Below the pieces are notes generated by a model. The model was not told where the DNA came from. It searched no databases and saw only the letters and a program-made list of their open reading frames with translations. Below, piece by piece: positions 25,393 through 34,253 of a stretch of DNA of 48,432 nt. The stretch lies in IMG/VR virus record IMGVR_UViG_3300050195_000016, positions 1-48,432 of that record; one strand, given 5' to 3'. A program made the position numbers and the translations under genes. This DNA comes from a virus. How positions within the stretch are numbered: the first letter of the stretch is position 1; each line of letters begins with the position of its first letter.

Positions 25393-26076
25393 AAGAGTGA
25401 ATTAGTTAACGCATTAGCTGCTCACATGATCACTGAACACGATCTCCCAGTATTTATGGCTAAGCCTGAAGAAGCTATTGCTAAGACCTACCAAATGTTA
25501 GTTGGTAAAGTGGCTGGTAAAATCTTCCATGACCCTAAGATTCCATTCGATATGAATGCTTTCTTGGAGGCAGAGAAGAAGGTCGGGGATAAGGCCATTA
25601 TCCTTGATGCATACCAGTTTGTAGATTGGGATACATTGAAAGCAGACACTAAGTATGCAGTTGTGTCTGAAGGGGTTAAGGATGTGTTCTATGATCCAAT
25701 CACTTGCTTTACTAATAATATGGGGGCAGCGGAGGCTAACGAGTTTCTAATGGAGATGACAGCAGAACTATCTGCTATGTCTAAGGATTTAAACTTTACT
25801 TCTTACATCTTCTGCCATCTTAAAGCCCCACAACAAGGACCAACACATGAACGTGGTGGTGAAGTGTTATCAACACAGTTTGCTGGTAGTAGAGCTATGA
25901 TGCGTAGTTGTAACATGATGCTTGGATTACAGGGAAATAAAGACCCTTCCCTCTCCCCTGAGCAACGTAATATGCGTAAGCTTGTTCTATTAGAAGATCG
26001 TGAGTTTGGTAATGTTGGAGGCATTGACTTGTATTGGAATAACCAAACTGGTTTATTCACTGAGATTAAATCATAG
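25393..26076 (+). CDS. Primase-helicase (T7 gp4-like), exon 2
   Basis: The frame is open from 25372. KSELVNALAAH completes Walker A. The spliced protein is about 549 aa, comparable to T7 gp4. Confidence 0.75.
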   Translation, partial: KSELVNALAAHMITEHDLPVFMAKPEEAIAKTYQMLVGKVAGKIFHDPKIPFDMNAFLEAEKKVGDKAIILDAYQFVDWDTLKADTKYAVVSEGVKDVFYDPITCFTNNMGAAEANEFLMEMTAELSAMSKDLNFTSYIFCHLKAPQQGPTHERGGEVLSTQFAGSRAMMRSCNMMLGLQGNKDPSLSPEQRNMRKLVLLEDREFGNVGGIDLYWNNQTGLFTEIKS

Positions 26077-26083
26077 GAGAATT

Positions 26084-26860
26084 ATGGAAGACATTATACA
26101 AAAACAGAGACTCACTGCACAGAAGGTGCTAGACCAGCTACGTCTCATTGATCCTGCTGCAATTCTAGCTGGTGGGGCAGTGCGTAATTGGTTTATGGGT
26201 AAGCCAGCAGTAGACCTTGATTTCTATATGTTTATAGATGGCAACCATTTATCACACGCTAATACAAAAGCTTTACTAGAACGTATATTAGATACTGACT
26301 TAGCTGCATTAGGGGCAATTCAACCTAATGTCAATGTCGAAGCTGCATTAGGTGATGAGGGGATTATCAAAGAGGGACGCATCTTTGCTCTAAAACCGGC
26401 ACCTATTCCTGTTGTAGATGAAGTGTACCAAGGAATGAACAAACTTAAATGGGTGTTCGAAGGAGTTGTTGATGGTATTAAAATAAACATAATGCTAATG
26501 AAAGTATCTACGTATAACCAGAATGACTGTGTTGGTGCATTCGGGGCAACTATCAGCAGATTCTGGAGCAGCAACCCAATTAGGGAAGAGCGTGATATTT
26601 ATCTTCGTGAGGCTGTGTTATCCGCTTGTCTAAAACATGTTTACCTAACCAATAACATAGGGAAGAAATACAAAGATAAAATTACTAAATATTTTCCACA
26701 CTTCACTTTTACTGAACTTAATGGTGAAGTTGATCCAACGGAGCTCTTACTTAAAGAGTATGAAGAGAAGTTCGGCGATAACGACATAGCATGGCTAGGC
26801 TTTACTGAAGAAAATATTAAATTAGCTAAACGTAATATGGTGCGATTTATGGGGAATTAA
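26084..26860 (+). CDS. Nucleotidyltransferase (Pol-beta superfamily, CCA-adding-enzyme/poly(A) polymerase head-domain-like)
   Basis: ILAGGAVRNWFMGKPAVDLDF matches the GGxVR[DN]...G....DxD motif. AGGAG lies upstream of the ATG at 26084. The longer track ORF from 26000 overlaps the helicase gene. Confidence 0.6.
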   Translation: MEDIIQKQRLTAQKVLDQLRLIDPAAILAGGAVRNWFMGKPAVDLDFYMFIDGNHLSHANTKALLERILDTDLAALGAIQPNVNVEAALGDEGIIKEGRIFALKPAPIPVVDEVYQGMNKLKWVFEGVVDGIKINIMLMKVSTYNQNDCVGAFGATISRFWSSNPIREERDIYLREAVLSACLKHVYLTNNIGKKYKDKITKYFPHFTFTELNGEVDPTELLLKEYEEKFGDNDIAWLGFTEENIKLAKRNMVRFMGN

Positions 26861-28052
26861 TGGATAGATGGTGTGTATTCGACGTTGAAGCTAATGGGCT
26901 TAATCCAGATAGGTTACATTGTCTAGCTGTCAATTACTTGATGAAGAACCTCACTTGTACTGATAGCTATGACAATATGCGTAAACTACTCTCTGATAAA
27001 ACCCTAGTATTAATAGGACATAACATCTACCGTTTTGATATCCCTGTTCTTGAGAAGTTGTTAGGTATTAAGATTGAATGCAAGCTTATAGACACTTTAT
27101 TTCTATCTTGGTACTTATTCCCAGATAGGCTTAGACATGGCTTAGCAGATTGGGGGGAAGACTTCGGTGTTCCTAAACCCCCTATAGATGATTGGGAAGG
27201 GCTCTCTGTAGAAGAGTATATGCATCGCTGTAAAGAGGATGTTAAAATAAATACACTCCTATGGGAGCTACAGTGGAAACGTCTCCTAGAGCTTTATGGA
27301 AGTCCTGAAGAGGCTAATCGTCTTATAGACTACTTAATGTTTAAAGCAGATTGTGCGAGAGAACAAGAACGTAGTAGATGGCTATTAGATAGAGTTAAGT
27401 GTGAGGAGGAACTTAAAAAGCTTGATGATGAGTTTAACACCTTAACAGAGAAGGTTAAGCAGATAATGCCTAAAGTCCCTGTTGTTAAGAAAGCTAAACC
27501 ACCAGAGAAAATGTACAGCAAGGTTACTGGCAAGTTAACTAAGGCCGGAGAAGCTTGGCATGAGAAGCTAAGAAAACAAGGTAAGCAGTTAGATTGGCCA
27601 TTTGAGATTGAGTACATAGCTAGTTATAAAGAACCCAACCCAGGCTCTGTTCCACAACTTAAAGAGTGGCTATTCTCCCTTGGATGGGAACCTGACGTTT
27701 ACAAATTTGAGAGAAATAAAGAGACAAATGAGTTTAGACAGATTCCTCAGATTAACAAGTCTAAACTTGATGGTGGTGGTCTTAGTAACTCTGTTAAGGA
27801 ATTGTATGATAAAGAACCAAAGCTGGAATACTTAGATGGTTACTTTGTTGTTAGGCATCGTAAGGGTATTCTAAATGGGTTCTTACGTGATGTGGATGAA
27901 GATGGTTATCTTAGGGCTAGGATAAGTGGACTAACTAATACACTTAGATTTATTCATTCTGAGTTAGTTAATCTACCAAAGGAAGACCGTATCAGAGGAT
28001 GCTTAATTGCCCCTGAAGGGTATGAACTTTGTGGGTCAGATCAATGCGCCCT
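26860..28052 (+). CDS. Family A DNA polymerase (T7 gp5-like), exon 1
   Basis: Exo I motif VFDVEANGL. The exon ends inside motif A (CGSDQCAL|). The residues NISGALIGDN-stop in the track ORF are intron sequence. The boundary is uncertain by 1 nt. Confidence 0.8.
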
Positions 28053-28327
28053 TAACATATCGGGGGCATTAATTGGTGACAATTAATTAAAAAGACATTG
28101 AATTGCTGGAAAGCTAAGGGAGAGATCCTATGCCAATCAGCAGCTAAGACGGGGATTACGGAGGAGTGCTGGTGGGTTCTTTTGGTCATTCCTGTAAAGT
28201 TCAGAGACTATCCCTTTGGGAGTAGGGTGCAAGCGCACTCGAAGCGGTGTCCATCTCAAGTAGATGATGATATAGTCCGATACTCCTAGAAATAGGAGAG
28301 GCAAGTAGCGACTGCCGTAACACATTG
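28053..28327 (+). mobile_element. ORF-less group I intron (~275 nt)
   Basis: The exon end GCCCU pairs with GGGGC (28063-28067). The intron ends in G at 28327. Splicing restores D-QCA-LE-D-R, that is DxxxLExR of motif A. The conserved segments AATTGCTGG (28101-28109), AATCAGCAGC (28135-28144) and GATGATGATATAGTCCG (28263-28279) are shared with the other intron. Confidence 0.7.
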
Positions 28328-28994
28328 CGAAGACAGGACTAAGCAACATTGGATTTATCCATATGACCCTAAGTATGTAGAGTCAATGAACACGGAAGGA
28401 TTTGACCCCCACTTAGACTTGGCAGAGTTTGCTGGGGCGTTAACCCACGAAGAAGTAGAGGAGTATAAAAACCACAATGAGACAAAAGTGACTAAAGACA
28501 CCCGTAGTATGTATAAATCAGTTAACTATGCTGCAACATATGGTGTAGGTGATGCAACTATGTCTCGCACAGCTAAATGCTCTAAGGAAGAAGCACACGG
28601 CCTTTTAGAGGCATACTGGGAGAAGAACTGGAGTATACGTGCTGTAGCTGAAGCTCAGATAGTTAAGACTATCTCTGATGGTAGTAAGTGGTTATATAAT
28701 CCTTTATCTAAACTATGGTATTCACTTAGATCAGATAAGGATAGGTTTAGCACGTTGAATCAAGGGACTGGTGTGTTCTGTTTTGATATGTGGATAATGA
28801 AGGTTAGAAGTGTTAGGAAGGAGTTAACTGGGCAGTTCCATGATGAGATTATCTTAACTGTAAAAATTGGTCACAGAGAAGAGTGTAAGAAACTCCTTAA
28901 ATGGGCAATTAATGAAGTAAACAAAGACTTAAAAATGAATAGAGAACTTGATGTAGATATAAAGTTTGGTTCTCATTATAATGAAATCCATTAA
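28328..28994 (+). CDS. Family A DNA polymerase (T7 gp5-like), exon 2
   Basis: The frame is open from 28296. KSVNYAATYGVG resembles motif B (K..NFG..YG), and FHDEIIL matches motif C (HDE). Confidence 0.8.
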
Positions 28995-29015
28995 TAATGA
29001 TAAGGTAAATAACTA

Positions 29016-29702
29016 ATGGCTTTAAATGCAATGAAAGTAGAAAAAACACAACGTCGTTCCACTCAACCAGACTTAGAAGTAGATAGCTATCCAGCTCGTC
29101 TAGTTCAATTGATTGATTTAGGGGTGCATCCAGTATCTAAATGGGATGAAGCCTCTAGTAAGTATGTAGTAGATGAAACACGACCACCACGTAACCTGTT
29201 GTTGTACACATACGAGCTTGTTGATGAGTTCATGAAAGACGAGAATGGGGTTCCTAACACAGAGAAGCCACGTTGGTTTAGTGAGCAGCTGTACTTGTAC
29301 GACCTAGGTAATGATAAGGCTACAAGCACCAAACGTTATAATGCATTCGATTCTGATAATGTTAATAATGGTGACTGGGCTATGCAAGTAGGTAAACCAT
29401 GTATGTTGGTTATTGCCCCTACTAAATCTGGTAAGGTTAAGATTGGTAGTGTTGCTAAACCAATGCGTGGATATAATGTAGCAGAGCTGAAGAATCCACC
29501 TAAGATCTTTGATATGGATGCTCCTAACTTAGAAGTATTCCAATCATTACCAGAGTGGATGCAGACTAAGATTAAAGAGTCCATTAAGTATGCAGGTGGT
29601 CCTTTGGAAGCACTTATCACAGGTAAACCAGCTAAAGCTGCTGCCCCTGTACAAGAACCTAACATCCCTGAAGTAAACGAAGGGGAGGATATGCCTTGGT
29701 AA
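29016..29702 (+). CDS. Single-stranded DNA-binding protein (putative, T7 gp2.5 / DUF669-like)
   Basis: 228 aa, located after the polymerase, with an acidic aromatic C-terminal tail (NEGEDMPW) as seen in phage SSBs. Confidence 0.5.
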   Translation: MALNAMKVEKTQRRSTQPDLEVDSYPARLVQLIDLGVHPVSKWDEASSKYVVDETRPPRNLLLYTYELVDEFMKDENGVPNTEKPRWFSEQLYLYDLGNDKATSTKRYNAFDSDNVNNGDWAMQVGKPCMLVIAPTKSGKVKIGSVAKPMRGYNVAELKNPPKIFDMDAPNLEVFQSLPEWMQTKIKESIKYAGGPLEALITGKPAKAAAPVQEPNIPEVNEGEDMPW

Positions 29703-29929
29703 TCTTTAAGAAGAAAGTTAAGGCAGGGAACTACGCAAGGCTTCTGGTTGACCTCCCTGAACATGGTATTCATAAAGGTGCTATCGGACAAGTGGTTAGT
29801 GTATTTAAGATTGATAAACAATATGCTACATTCATGCCAGATGATCAACCTGAGGGTAAAGAGCGTATGTTTGTTATCCTAGCTAAACACCTTAAAGTGA
29901 TTAGTAAGGAGGCCCTATTCAAGCATTAA
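29696..29929 (+). CDS. Small hypothetical protein (77 aa, TTG start)
   Basis: GGAGG lies 7 nt upstream of the TTG at 29696. Confidence 0.45.
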   Translation: MVIFKKKVKAGNYARLLVDLPEHGIHKGAIGQVVSVFKIDKQYATFMPDDQPEGKERMFVILAKHLKVISKEALFKH

Positions 29930-30720
29930 TAGACGCAGACATTCTGTGTTACGAGATTGGGTACGGTTGTGAAAGACGTATTGGGGACGAGAAAGTCCCC
30001 ATTCCAGTTGAAGATGTAAACGAGAAGATAGAAAATAAGATTAAAGAACTCTGTGCTGATGTGTGGTCTACAGAGCCACCTATCTTATACTTCACTGGTG
30101 ATCATAACTTCCGTAAGGAGCTAGCCAAACAAAAAGTATATAAGGGTCAACGTAAACATGACAACCGTCCCTTTTATTGGAAATACATCCGTAAGTATTT
30201 AAAGACACATTTTGATTCTAGAGAGAATGATATTCTAGAAGCAGACGATCTCCTTGCTATTGAGCAGACTAAGCGACTCCAATTAAAAGACACAATTATT
30301 GTTTCTCGGGATAAAGATTTGTTAATGGTACCCGGTTATCACTATGTGTGGGAATGTGCTAAGCAGCCTAGCTTCGGTCCTCTTTGGGTAGAAGATCTTG
30401 GTGAGATGAATCTTGTAGGGAAGAAGCTTAAACACACTACAGGACTTCGCCTATTCTATGCTCAGCTACTTATGGGGGATGGGGTGGATAACATCACAGG
30501 AGTAGCTTACTATGGTCCTGTGCTTGCTTACGAAGCATTATGTGAATGCTCTACAGAAGAAGAACTACACAACAAAGTAATTGAAGTGTACCAGAACATT
30601 TACGGGGATGAATGGGAAGACAAGTTAATGGAGATGGGGTCTCTATTATGGATGGTTAGAGAACTTAAAGAAGATGGCTCCCCAGTTATATGGAAGGAGA
30701 TTTATGAGAAACGGGGATAG
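29917..30720 (+). CDS. 5'-3' exonuclease / flap endonuclease (T7 gp6-like). The likely start is a non-canonical ATT.
   Basis: LIDADILCYE at the N-terminus, with DDLLAIE, VSRDKDL and GDGVDNITGV. The frame is open from 29908, but the first ATG, GTG or TTG is at 30061. AAGGAGG sits at 29906-29912. Confidence 0.7.
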   Translation: MQALIDADILCYEIGYGCERRIGDEKVPIPVEDVNEKIENKIKELCADVWSTEPPILYFTGDHNFRKELAKQKVYKGQRKHDNRPFYWKYIRKYLKTHFDSRENDILEADDLLAIEQTKRLQLKDTIIVSRDKDLLMVPGYHYVWECAKQPSFGPLWVEDLGEMNLVGKKLKHTTGLRLFYAQLLMGDGVDNITGVAYYGPVLAYEALCECSTEEELHNKVIEVYQNIYGDEWEDKLMEMGSLLWMVRELKEDGSPVIWKEIYEKRG

Positions 30721-31087
30721 CTGGACAGAAGCTAGGTTTAATTCTTTTGTTAAGTCTAGTCTTCGTAAGGCTAGTGTTAAATGGCCCCCTAGATATCAAG
30801 CATTAGCTGATGCATTTGTAGGGGTTAAGATTAACAAGAAGTCTGGGAGACCTGCTAAGCATTATAAATGTGCAGAGTGTAAGGATGACTTCCCAGCTAG
30901 TGCAATTGCTGTTGATCATATAGAACCAATTGTACCAGTAACTGGATTCACTACTTGGGACGAAGTTATAAATAACTTATTCTGTGAGAAAGATGGTTTA
31001 CAGGTGTTGTGTAGTGAATGCCATAAAATCAAATCAAAAGAAGAGAACGCTTTGAGAAAAGCCAATAAGGATAATAATAATGTTTAA
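30704..31087 (+). CDS. HNH endonuclease
   Basis: CAECKDD...VDHIEP...NNL..LCSECHKIK. AAGGAG lies 5 nt upstream of the ATG at 30704. Confidence 0.7.
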   Translation: MRNGDSWTEARFNSFVKSSLRKASVKWPPRYQALADAFVGVKINKKSGRPAKHYKCAECKDDFPASAIAVDHIEPIVPVTGFTTWDEVINNLFCEKDGLQVLCSECHKIKSKEENALRKANKDNNNV

Positions 31088-31310
31088 TACTTTTGTTGAT
31101 ATTGAAAGCCCATTGTTACGTGCATACAATCGGGCTGTTAGCTGCTCCAACATTCTAGAGACATTTGGACAAGCTAAGTTAGAGGAATACTACGGGCAGT
31201 TTAACGAAGTTGAACAGAAGGCTATCTACACGCTTCTGTGGGGTATTAAGAATAAAGGAGCAGAGGTAATTAAGAAACAAGTTATGGAACGGGTGGAGGT
31301 AAAAGACTAA
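31080..31310 (+). CDS. Hypothetical protein (76 aa)
   Basis: ORF overlapping both neighbours. Confidence 0.5.
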   Translation: MFNTFVDIESPLLRAYNRAVSCSNILETFGQAKLEEYYGQFNEVEQKAIYTLLWGIKNKGAEVIKKQVMERVEVKD

Positions 31311-31717
31311 TGACTGCACTAGATAATCAAGTAGATGGGACACACTACAAGACAATGCTGATCCAACCTATCCTGTTAGCTTATATTGTAGCTAATGGTG
31401 ATGCTTGTTTCTGTAAGGCAGCAAAGTATATCTCTCGTGATAAAGAAGATGCAGCAGAGGATTTGTTAAAAGCTGCACATGTAGCAGAGCTCCTGTCACT
31501 TCGTAAAGGTTATGGCCACAATGCTGTAGACTTTACTCCAGCACATGTTGAATTAATCCGTGCATTCGTTAAACAGTATAACGGACCAGAGTCTCACGTT
31601 ACATTCCTATACCACATGGCAACAGGAGATGTTGAGAAAGCTATACAGAGTATCAATTACATTATTAAAAGCCCCTCCCGAGTGTGGTATGACCATGCAC
31701 CAAAGGGAGCTAAGTAA
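31310..31717 (+). CDS. DUF3310-like protein
   Basis: GTHYK...IQPI...KAAKYISR...DLLKAAHV resembles the DUF3310 pattern as I recall it. Confidence 0.45.
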   Translation: MTALDNQVDGTHYKTMLIQPILLAYIVANGDACFCKAAKYISRDKEDAAEDLLKAAHVAELLSLRKGYGHNAVDFTPAHVELIRAFVKQYNGPESHVTFLYHMATGDVEKAIQSINYIIKSPSRVWYDHAPKGAK

Positions 31718-31848
31718 TGGTTGATATTATCTTTAGTGGGATTATTAGTGGTATTGTTGAAGCGTTGTGCCTACTATTCTTTATCAGACATCGAATGCTT
31801 CCAATGATTGGTATCATCAAATACAAAACCCAAGATAAAGAAGATTAG
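31717..31848 (+). CDS. Small hydrophobic ORF (43 aa), candidate
   Basis: Hand-translated as MVDIIFSGIISGIVEALCLLFFIRHRMLPMIGIIKYKTQDKED. It has a TAATG overlap with the upstream stop. Confidence 0.35.
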   Translation: MVDIIFSGIISGIVEALCLLFFIRHRMLPMIGIIKYKTQDKED

Positions 31849-31893
31849 GGGGTTGTATCGAGAAGTTAATTATATTTAAAGAACTAATACTAG

Positions 31894-31927
31894 GGACCTT
31901 GCTCTATTTAGGGGCTAAGGTCCTTTT
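31894..31927 (+). terminator. Intrinsic terminator candidate
   Basis: GGACCTT/AAGGTCC outer stem plus GCTCT/GGGGC inner stem, followed by TTTT. Confidence 0.5.
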
Positions 31928-31995
31928 AGATTACTCTTTGTATTTATTATTGTTAGCATTATTAATAATTGTAGCATTTGTGCTAGGAGAGAGTT

Positions 31996-33849
31996 TTGGA
32001 TAATAGTCAAAAGATTTTGTCAGATATCGTTGTATTTACTAAATATGCACGTTACATTCCAGAGATTAATCGAAGAGAAACTTGGGAAGAGCTTATCACA
32101 CGTAACATGGTGATGCATATCCGTAAATACCCAGTACTAAAAGAAGAGATTCGAGAAGTATATAATAAGTTTGTATTAACTAAGAAAGTATTGCCATCAA
32201 TGCGTTCTCTCCAGTTTGGGGGACGTCCTATTGAGTTGAGCCCTAATCGTATCTTTAACTGCGCTTACTTACCAATTGATCATCCTGATGCATTCTCTGA
32301 GATGATGTTCTTGTTGTTAGGTGGTACAGGTGCTGGGTATTCAGTACAGGAGCAACACGTAGGTAAACTACCAGTCGTTAAAGGGCCTAATGGGCGTTCC
32401 CACAGGTTCTTGATTGGAGATAGTATCGAGGGTTGGGCAGATACTATTAAGATGCTTATTGAGAGCTACTTCTACAATAAGCCTAAGATTGTATTTGACT
32501 ACCGAGATATCCGAGATAAAGGGGCTCCACTAATTACTTCTGGAGGTAAAGCTCCCGGAGCACAGCCATTAAAAGATTGTGTGCATAATGTAACTAAGAT
32601 TTTAGATGGGGCTGTAGGGCGAAAGTTACGACCAATTGAAGCACATGATATTTCTTGTTTCATTGCAGACGCAGTGTTAGCAGGTGGGATTAGACGAGCA
32701 GCATTAATCTCCTTGTTCTCTCGTACAGATAATGAGATGCTGAATTGTAAACAAGGTGCTTGGTGGGAACTTAATCCACAGCGTGGACGAGCTAACAACT
32801 CTGTTGTTCTACCTCGTGATGAGGTTGGAGAGGCAGAGTTTAAAGCAATCTTCAAACGAACCGAGTTATCTCGTGCTGGAGAGCCGGGAGTGTATTGGAC
32901 TAATAATACTGAGTTAGGTACAAATCCATGCTGCGAAATAAGTCTAGAGCCATTTCAATTTTGTAATCTTTGTGAAGTTAATGTCTCTAATATTGAAAGT
33001 CAAGAAGATTTAAATGAACGTGTTAAGGCTGCTGCATTCATTGGGACATTACAAGCAGGGTATACAGACTTCCATTATCTACGCCCTATCTGGCAAGAAA
33101 CAACAGAAAGGGATGCATTGATTGGTGTTGGTATGACTGGTATTGGTAGTGGAGTTGTACTCAAGTACGATATGAGTTTAGCTGCCTCTCTGGTTATTGA
33201 GGAGAACATTCGAGTTGCGGCTATTCTTGGAATTAATACTGCTAAGCGGACTACTACCGTTAAGCCTTCTGGCACTTCCAGTTTGGTTCTCGGAACATCC
33301 AGTGGTGTTCACGCTTGGTACAATGATTATTATATTCGTCGGATGCGTTTAGGTAAAGACGAGAGTATTACTAAATACTTAGCGGATAACGTCCCTCAAT
33401 TGATTGAGGATGATTTCTTTAGACCAGAGCATACAAGTATACTGTCTATCCCTCAGAAAGCTCCAGAGGGCTCCCTGCTTCGTACAGAGAGTGCCTTTGA
33501 TTTGTTAGATCGTGTTAAAAAAGTTAATAAGGAATGGATTAGGGCAGGTCATATCAAAGGGGATAACACACACAACGTTTCGTGTACAATTTCATTGAAG
33601 GATGATGAATGGGATGAATGTGCAAACTGGATGTGGAAAAACCGAAACTACTACAACGGAATCTCAGTTCTCAACTATGATGGTGGTAGCTACCCGCAGG
33701 CACCGTTTGAGGATTGTTCACAAGAAACGTACAAGACGTTAATGGAGTTTGTTAAAGACATCAATCTATCTAGTGTTAAAGAGGTAGAGGATAATACAGA
33801 CTTGTCTGGGGAGATTGCTTGTGGAAGTGGTGGATGTGAAATCGTATAG
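31996..33849 (+). CDS. nrdJ: Class II (adenosylcobalamin-dependent) ribonucleotide reductase
   Basis: 617 aa. Contains GTNPCCEISL, FQFCNLCEVN and a C-terminal CGSGGCEIV. TTG start, 5 nt after AGGAGA. Confidence 0.75.
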   Translation: MDNSQKILSDIVVFTKYARYIPEINRRETWEELITRNMVMHIRKYPVLKEEIREVYNKFVLTKKVLPSMRSLQFGGRPIELSPNRIFNCAYLPIDHPDAFSEMMFLLLGGTGAGYSVQEQHVGKLPVVKGPNGRSHRFLIGDSIEGWADTIKMLIESYFYNKPKIVFDYRDIRDKGAPLITSGGKAPGAQPLKDCVHNVTKILDGAVGRKLRPIEAHDISCFIADAVLAGGIRRAALISLFSRTDNEMLNCKQGAWWELNPQRGRANNSVVLPRDEVGEAEFKAIFKRTELSRAGEPGVYWTNNTELGTNPCCEISLEPFQFCNLCEVNVSNIESQEDLNERVKAAAFIGTLQAGYTDFHYLRPIWQETTERDALIGVGMTGIGSGVVLKYDMSLAASLVIEENIRVAAILGINTAKRTTTVKPSGTSSLVLGTSSGVHAWYNDYYIRRMRLGKDESITKYLADNVPQLIEDDFFRPEHTSILSIPQKAPEGSLLRTESAFDLLDRVKKVNKEWIRAGHIKGDNTHNVSCTISLKDDEWDECANWMWKNRNYYNGISVLNYDGGSYPQAPFEDCSQETYKTLMEFVKDINLSSVKEVEDNTDLSGEIACGSGGCEIV

Positions 33850-33862
33850 ACCATCTGGTAGA

Positions 33863-34000
33863 ATGTGTTGCACTTGTAAGAACTGTAGGGAAGATTGTAA
33901 AGATCTTCCTTTCTTTCTTTACAAACAACTTAAAGTAGATAAAGATGGCACTGTGGTAGTTAAATGCTCACAATATGAAAGGAAAGCATTACATGCTTAA
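33863..34000 (+). CDS. Small Cys-rich ORF (45 aa), candidate
   Basis: Begins MCCTCKNCREDCKD. The track start at 33815 would overlap nrdJ by 35 nt. Confidence 0.3.
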   Translation: MCCTCKNCREDCKDLPFFLYKQLKVDKDGTVVVKCSQYERKALHA

Positions 34001-34190
34001 TATTCTTAATATTCCAGATACACAATCAAAGCTTGGTGTACCAGTAGATCACTTGTATGCATTGTCTGAGTTTATTGTGCATCGTAAACCTGATGTTATT
34101 GTTCATATGGGAGATCATTGGGATCTTCCTTCCCTCTCTGTATACGATCGTGGTAAGTTAGATATGGGGGGGCATCACTGCATTGAATAA
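33993..34190 (+). pseudogene. Truncated calcineurin-like metallophosphoesterase (N-terminal ~65 aa only)
   Basis: Carries motif I/II residues (IPDTQ, then HMGDHWD) but stops after about 65 aa. Enzymes of this family need roughly 200 aa or more. Confidence 0.5.
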
Positions 34191-34253
34191 CGCTCATGAT
34201 GGTGTGTATGATTTAGAAACAATTAATATTAACTCTTTATTAGGTGGGTATAA

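Noticed and set aside
26000-26083. Long 5' extensions of the track ORFs (26000, 18146, 21867, 20203, 20854, 47006, 46088, 36699)
   Set aside because: Each extension overlaps the upstream gene. In each case an internal start with a properly spaced AGGAG-type RBS, or the junction motif, gives a better model.
28098-28349. ORFs 28098..28289 (+) and 28137..28349 (-) from the six-frame track
   Set aside because: They lie entirely within the structured ORF-less group I intron of the polymerase gene. They have no RBS and overlap each other on opposite strands.
29696-30061. A programmed -1 frameshift fusing the 77-aa ORF to the exonuclease
   Set aside because: No slippery heptamer or downstream structure is evident near 29900-29930. 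The exonuclease homology also begins right at the proposed ATT, so a fusion is unnecessary.
31839-31995. A possible hydrophobic ORF between 31848 and nrdJ
   Set aside because: It has only a TTG start option inside a strong hairpin followed by a T-run, which reads better as an intrinsic terminator.
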